DNA from: Hemiscyllium ocellatum
Lineage: Eukaryota
Length of the DNA: 64,000 bases
Direction of reading: 5' to 3'
Assembly: GCF_020745735.1 (NCBI RefSeq)
Contig: NC_083447.1
Coordinates: 21,594,755 to 21,658,754 of the forward strand
Shown: piece by piece, positions 59,985 to 64,000 of the stretch
Layout: each line of letters begins with the position of its first letter
Position numbering within the stretch: position 1 is the stretch's first letter
The notes under the pieces: generated by a model
What the model saw: only the letters and a program-made list of their open reading frames with translations
The model's database searches: none
Told to the model about the DNA's origin: nothing
Translations under genes and position numbers: made by a program

Positions 59985-60475
59985 AAGACTCCAGGCGCAG
60001 AAATACATGGCCGTGTGATTCACCCACAGGCTGGAGGTCTTCAGGTTGAACTCAGAACCACTTGGTCGCTGTGCGGTGAAACCGTCCACCGCTTCCTCTG
60101 GATTCACATAATTGACAACAGTGGAATAAAACATCACCTGCGGCCCTTTCCCCGGGTATTGTCTGTACCAGAGCATAGTAGGGTCACTGCTAGCCCCAAC
60201 AACAAAACACTTCAGTTCCACACTCTTCCCGGGTAATTTGGAAACAGCGGTTGGGACCTGGCGGATAGTTTGTGAGTTCACGACTAAGGAAAAAGAAGCG
60301 GGAGAGAACCAAATCAGAACAGGGGTGGATCTCTAAAGTATGAGGTAAGAATGAAAGATAGAAATATATAACGAGTGAATGAAAGCCAAGAAAAAGAATG
60401 TCTGTTAATAAATAATATCATCTGAAAAATGCACTTACATTGAAATAAGCTGATGAGAGTCAATAAGATATACAT
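59985..60475 (-). CDS. TRBV: TRBV30-like V gene segment V6 (leader exon 60439-60475, V exon 59985-60283)
   Basis: Leader MYILLTLISLFQ + GTAAGT donor, CCTTAG acceptor, in frame; SQTIRQVP...VELKC...WYRQYPGKGPQVMFYS...RPSGSEFNL...MYFCAWSL. Confidence 0.92.
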
Positions 60476-60689
60476 CTTGTAAGCTGTTCTTGTAATAGAG
60501 ATATGAGCAAAAATACAGGTGTTGGGCCTCCGAGGAAGCTCACTGCTCTTTTGAAGTCATTGATTAAATATGAAGGGGTTAAGGAAGTGATGTAGTTGTG
60601 GGAGGTCAGGGTTCTCCTACTCTGATTGAAATCATGCATCGATCCCCTCAAGATTGGATAAAAGTGAAGCGTGTCAGTAATTTTCAAAA

Positions 60690-62470
60690 GATACTAGGAT
60701 AAATGCAATGAGTGGGCAAAGCATTGGCAGATGTGGTTTAACATGGGAAATTCGGAGGTTATTTTCTGCCATATTAATTCGAGAGTTGAGAGTATTTTCT
60801 AACTGGTAAGGAGTGATCAATATCCCGTCATTACTGAAGAATAAAGGAGAGGAACTAAGTACCATCACTAATACGAGAGAACCAGTTTCAGCAAACTAAT
60901 GGGGCTAAAAGCAAATAAATTCCCTAGACCTAGTGGCTTACATCCGAGGATTTAAATACAAGTAGCTACAGAGATAGTGAATACGTTGGTTGTAATTTTC
61001 CAAAATTCGTTGGATTCCAGAGAAGTACTGGAAGATTGTAAAACTGTCGATGTGACAAACCTATTCAAAAGAGGAAGGATGCAAAAATTTGGTAACTATA
61101 GACCGGTTAGCCTAAAATCTATTATTGAAAAAAAGTGTTGGAATTAATTAGTAAGCAAATAATAATAATAATAGTAGAGAATCACAATCTAATTAAAAAG
61201 AGTTAGCATGCCTCATGAAAGTGTAGTCGTGTCTGTCTTCCAAAAAGTTTCAACCAGAGTGGAAAGAAGGGAACAAGTAGACGTATTGTATTTGGTCTAT
61301 CAGAAGGCATTGGATATGGTACCTCGCAAAAGACTAAGCCAAAAGATAACAGTCCATGCTGTATGAGATAGAATATTGGCGTGGATAGGGAATTTGCCAA
61401 ATAGCATGAAACAGTGAGTGGGGATAAGGGGTTCTTTTTCGGGTTGGCAACCTGCAACCACTAGAGTTGCAAAGGGACCAGAGCTGGAACAGGACCTGTT
61501 TACAATAAATGTATTAATAACTTAGAAGAAGGGCGCAAATGTATTGTAGCTAAATTTACAGACAACACAAAAAGAAGTGGAAAGACAAATTGTGGAGGAG
61601 ATACAAAAAGTTTGTAGAGCAAAATCATTAGGATAATGATATGGGCAAAAAGGAAACAAATTGAATATAAAGTGGGAAATGGTGAGGTTGTCCATTTTAG
61701 AAGGGACAACAAAAGAAGTGAGTTCAATTCAAACAGAAAAAAAAGTTGCCAAAAGCTACAATGCAAAGGGACTTGGGGATAGTTGTGCATGAAACACAGG
61801 AAACAAACATATGGGTGCACCAGCTAATCAGGATGATTGATGGAATGTTGACCTTTATTTCAAAGGGATAGGCGAATAAGAGTAGAGAGGTCTTACTGCA
61901 ACTGTACGAGATGCTAATGAGAACCACATTTCGAGTACAGTGAGTAATTTTGGTCCCCGTATTTAAGAAAATCCTTTCGTTCATTGGAGGCAGTTCAGAG
62001 TAGATTAATTTAGACGACACCTTGTATTGTCTTATGAGCAAAGGCTAAAACATTCACTGCTCCACTCACTGGAGCTCAGAAGAATGAAATGTGGTCTCAG
62101 TGAAACATTTAGGAATCTTAGGGGGATTTACAGGCAAAAAGCTAAGAGGGTATTTCCCTCATGGGAAAATCTAGGAACAGAAGACATAGTCTCAGAATAA
62201 ATAGATGCTAATTTAAGGCTGAAATAAAGAGGATTTTGTTCTGTCAGAAGATTCTGATTCCTTGGAATTTCTTGACACAGACACCTAAATATTAGGGGCC
62301 ACTTAAATATAAGCCTTTGCTTATATTTAAAACTGAGATAGATAGATCCTTGATGAGAAAGAAATCACAGGTTAATTGGAAAAAGACAGCAAGATGGGTT
62401 TGAGGATGTTGAATCAAACATGATCCTATTGAATGATGTAGCAGGCTTGTGGGCCCGAAGAGCTTAATAT
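60690..62470 (+). mobile_element. Old CR1 LINE relic
   Basis: Degraded NYRPVSL, KFTDNTK, QRDLG and 3'-end motifs with many stops. Confidence 0.7.
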
Positions 62471-64000
62471 TCCTATTTCTTATTATCTCATAGCCTTAGA
62501 ACAATTTGTTTTATGAAGGAATGTAGTTGTTCAGATACAGAAATTATATAAAAAAGAAAGTCCTGCGCAAAAATGTTGTATAGTACTACAGTGAAAAGTA
62601 TAATTGAATGCTGGCATTTTTAATTCAATGAAATTGGAAAACAAAACAGAGTATGTTCTGCTTCAGTTGGACAAAACTCTGCACAATTTCCATCAGGTAC
62701 ATAACTCCTGGGCAGATTCTCTGGGAAAGAAAATAAATAGATTTTGTAAATGTGGCAAAACTGATTCAAGGGAATGAAATCTTGCCCCAAAGAGATAAAT
62801 CATGATGATGAGTTGACCAGTATTGTTTGTCTTACCTTCGGTATGAAGCGTTGATTTATTAACAGAATAGATGTTGAGAGTGCAGAAAGAGGTCATTTGA
62901 CGCACTGAATCTGTGCCGACCCTCTGAGGAGCATCAGACCCATGTGCAGCACCTCCACCTTATCCCATGTTGCTGTAGCTAGCCCGTCTAGCCTGCACAT
63001 TGATGGACGTCACACGGCAATTTACCATGGATAATCGACCTAACCTGCACATCTTTCGATTCTGCGAGAAAGCCAGAGGATGTAGTGGAAAAACATTCAG
63101 ATAAAAAGAGTACATGCAAATTCCACACAGAATCATGAGACAAAGCACACAAAAATATTCATGTCTTTAAGCGGTGGTGGCATCAGGAGGTATTCTGTTG
63201 CATGGGAAATGGTGAAAATCTGAAACCATCACCAGGCAAAAAGCTGTGGATAGTTGGGTCATTTTTACAACTCAAGACTGAGAATGATTTAACTGTGTCA
63301 CTAGTTCGAAGTATCTGGACTAGGGGGGTTGGTGGACGAAAAGAAAGTAGAGATCAACCATTTTTTTCAGCAAGTTTATAGGATTAATGGTGTTTTAGAA
63401 ATTTGCGAGTGGAATACAAGAAGTTTGGTTACTTTGAACCTGGTCAGCAAATCCCAGCCATTGAAATCGGTTATAGACCCTAGCACCCTCCCATATTAAG
63501 AAACAAATGAAATTTTAGCGTCTCAGAAGTTATCAATCATTCCATTGTCTCACTTCTCCATTGTTCTTTCTGTAATCATTCTGTTTATTTCGTCATTACT
63601 TTCTTCTTTATTTTCTTTCTTTGTTGTTGCGTTGCTTAGGTGAATTTGTACCATTTTGATTGACACCTGAATATTAGGGGTCACTGCTCCTTAAATGTAG
63701 TGATAACACCAGCATGAATAGGTTAAGTCCATTCAGAAGATGAATGTTCTTTAGAACTATTCTACGGAAGAGTCGTTGAGAATTAATCATAGAGTCACGC
63801 AGTATGATAACAGATTCGACCAAGCAAATCAGACATGCCAATCTGACCTTGTCCAATTTCCCAGCACTTGGTTCATCTCATCTAAACCTCTCCCATTCAA
63901 ATGCCCATCCACGTGCCTTTGAAATGTTGTAATTTTGCCTGTCTTCATACACGCACAGCGCTCTGTGAGAAAAATTTATCCCTCAGTTCTTTTTTAAATC

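Noticed and set aside
63124-63156. CACAGAA...ACAAAAATA on the plus strand as a possible J-type RSS
   Set aside because: Spacer is 16 bp (neither 12 nor 23), it abuts a SINE relic, and no FGxG J motif is adjacent.

Overview
Eukaryotic, repeat-rich, non-coding-dominated window, almost certainly from a cartilaginous fish (HE1/V-SINE-type tRNA-derived SINEs, CR1/HER1-type LINEs, Penelope-like and L1/Tx1 relics). The gene content is an array of T-cell-receptor variable (V) segments, all on the minus strand. Five look intact (leader exon, GT-AG intron, V exon, 23-bp-spacer recombination signal) at about 28.0-28.7, 29.8-30.4, 47.4-48.0, 54.8-55.3 and 60.0-60.5 kb. One clear pseudogene lies at about 57.9-58.2 kb. 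Three (two intact, one pseudogene) resemble TRBV30 (SQT(I/L)RQ start, CAWS end) and one is another TRBV-like gene, so the locus is best read as TCR beta. The two leftmost V genes form a distinct short-CDR2 lineage sharing a non-canonical C-x-x-Y-x-x-C pair in the CDR2 region, despite only about 49 of 99 identical residues by manual alignment; this is the most striking feature. No D, J or C segments were found. Other notable observations: minimal hammerhead-ribozyme cores in Penelope-derived repeats (one intact, with an element duplication starting at its predicted cleavage site), a sharp switch from CpG-poor to CpG-rich DNA at about 22.1 kb, CTCF-like motifs, and a local 174-bp duplication. 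Family assignments come from motif recognition only; no searches were run, and repeat boundaries are approximate.
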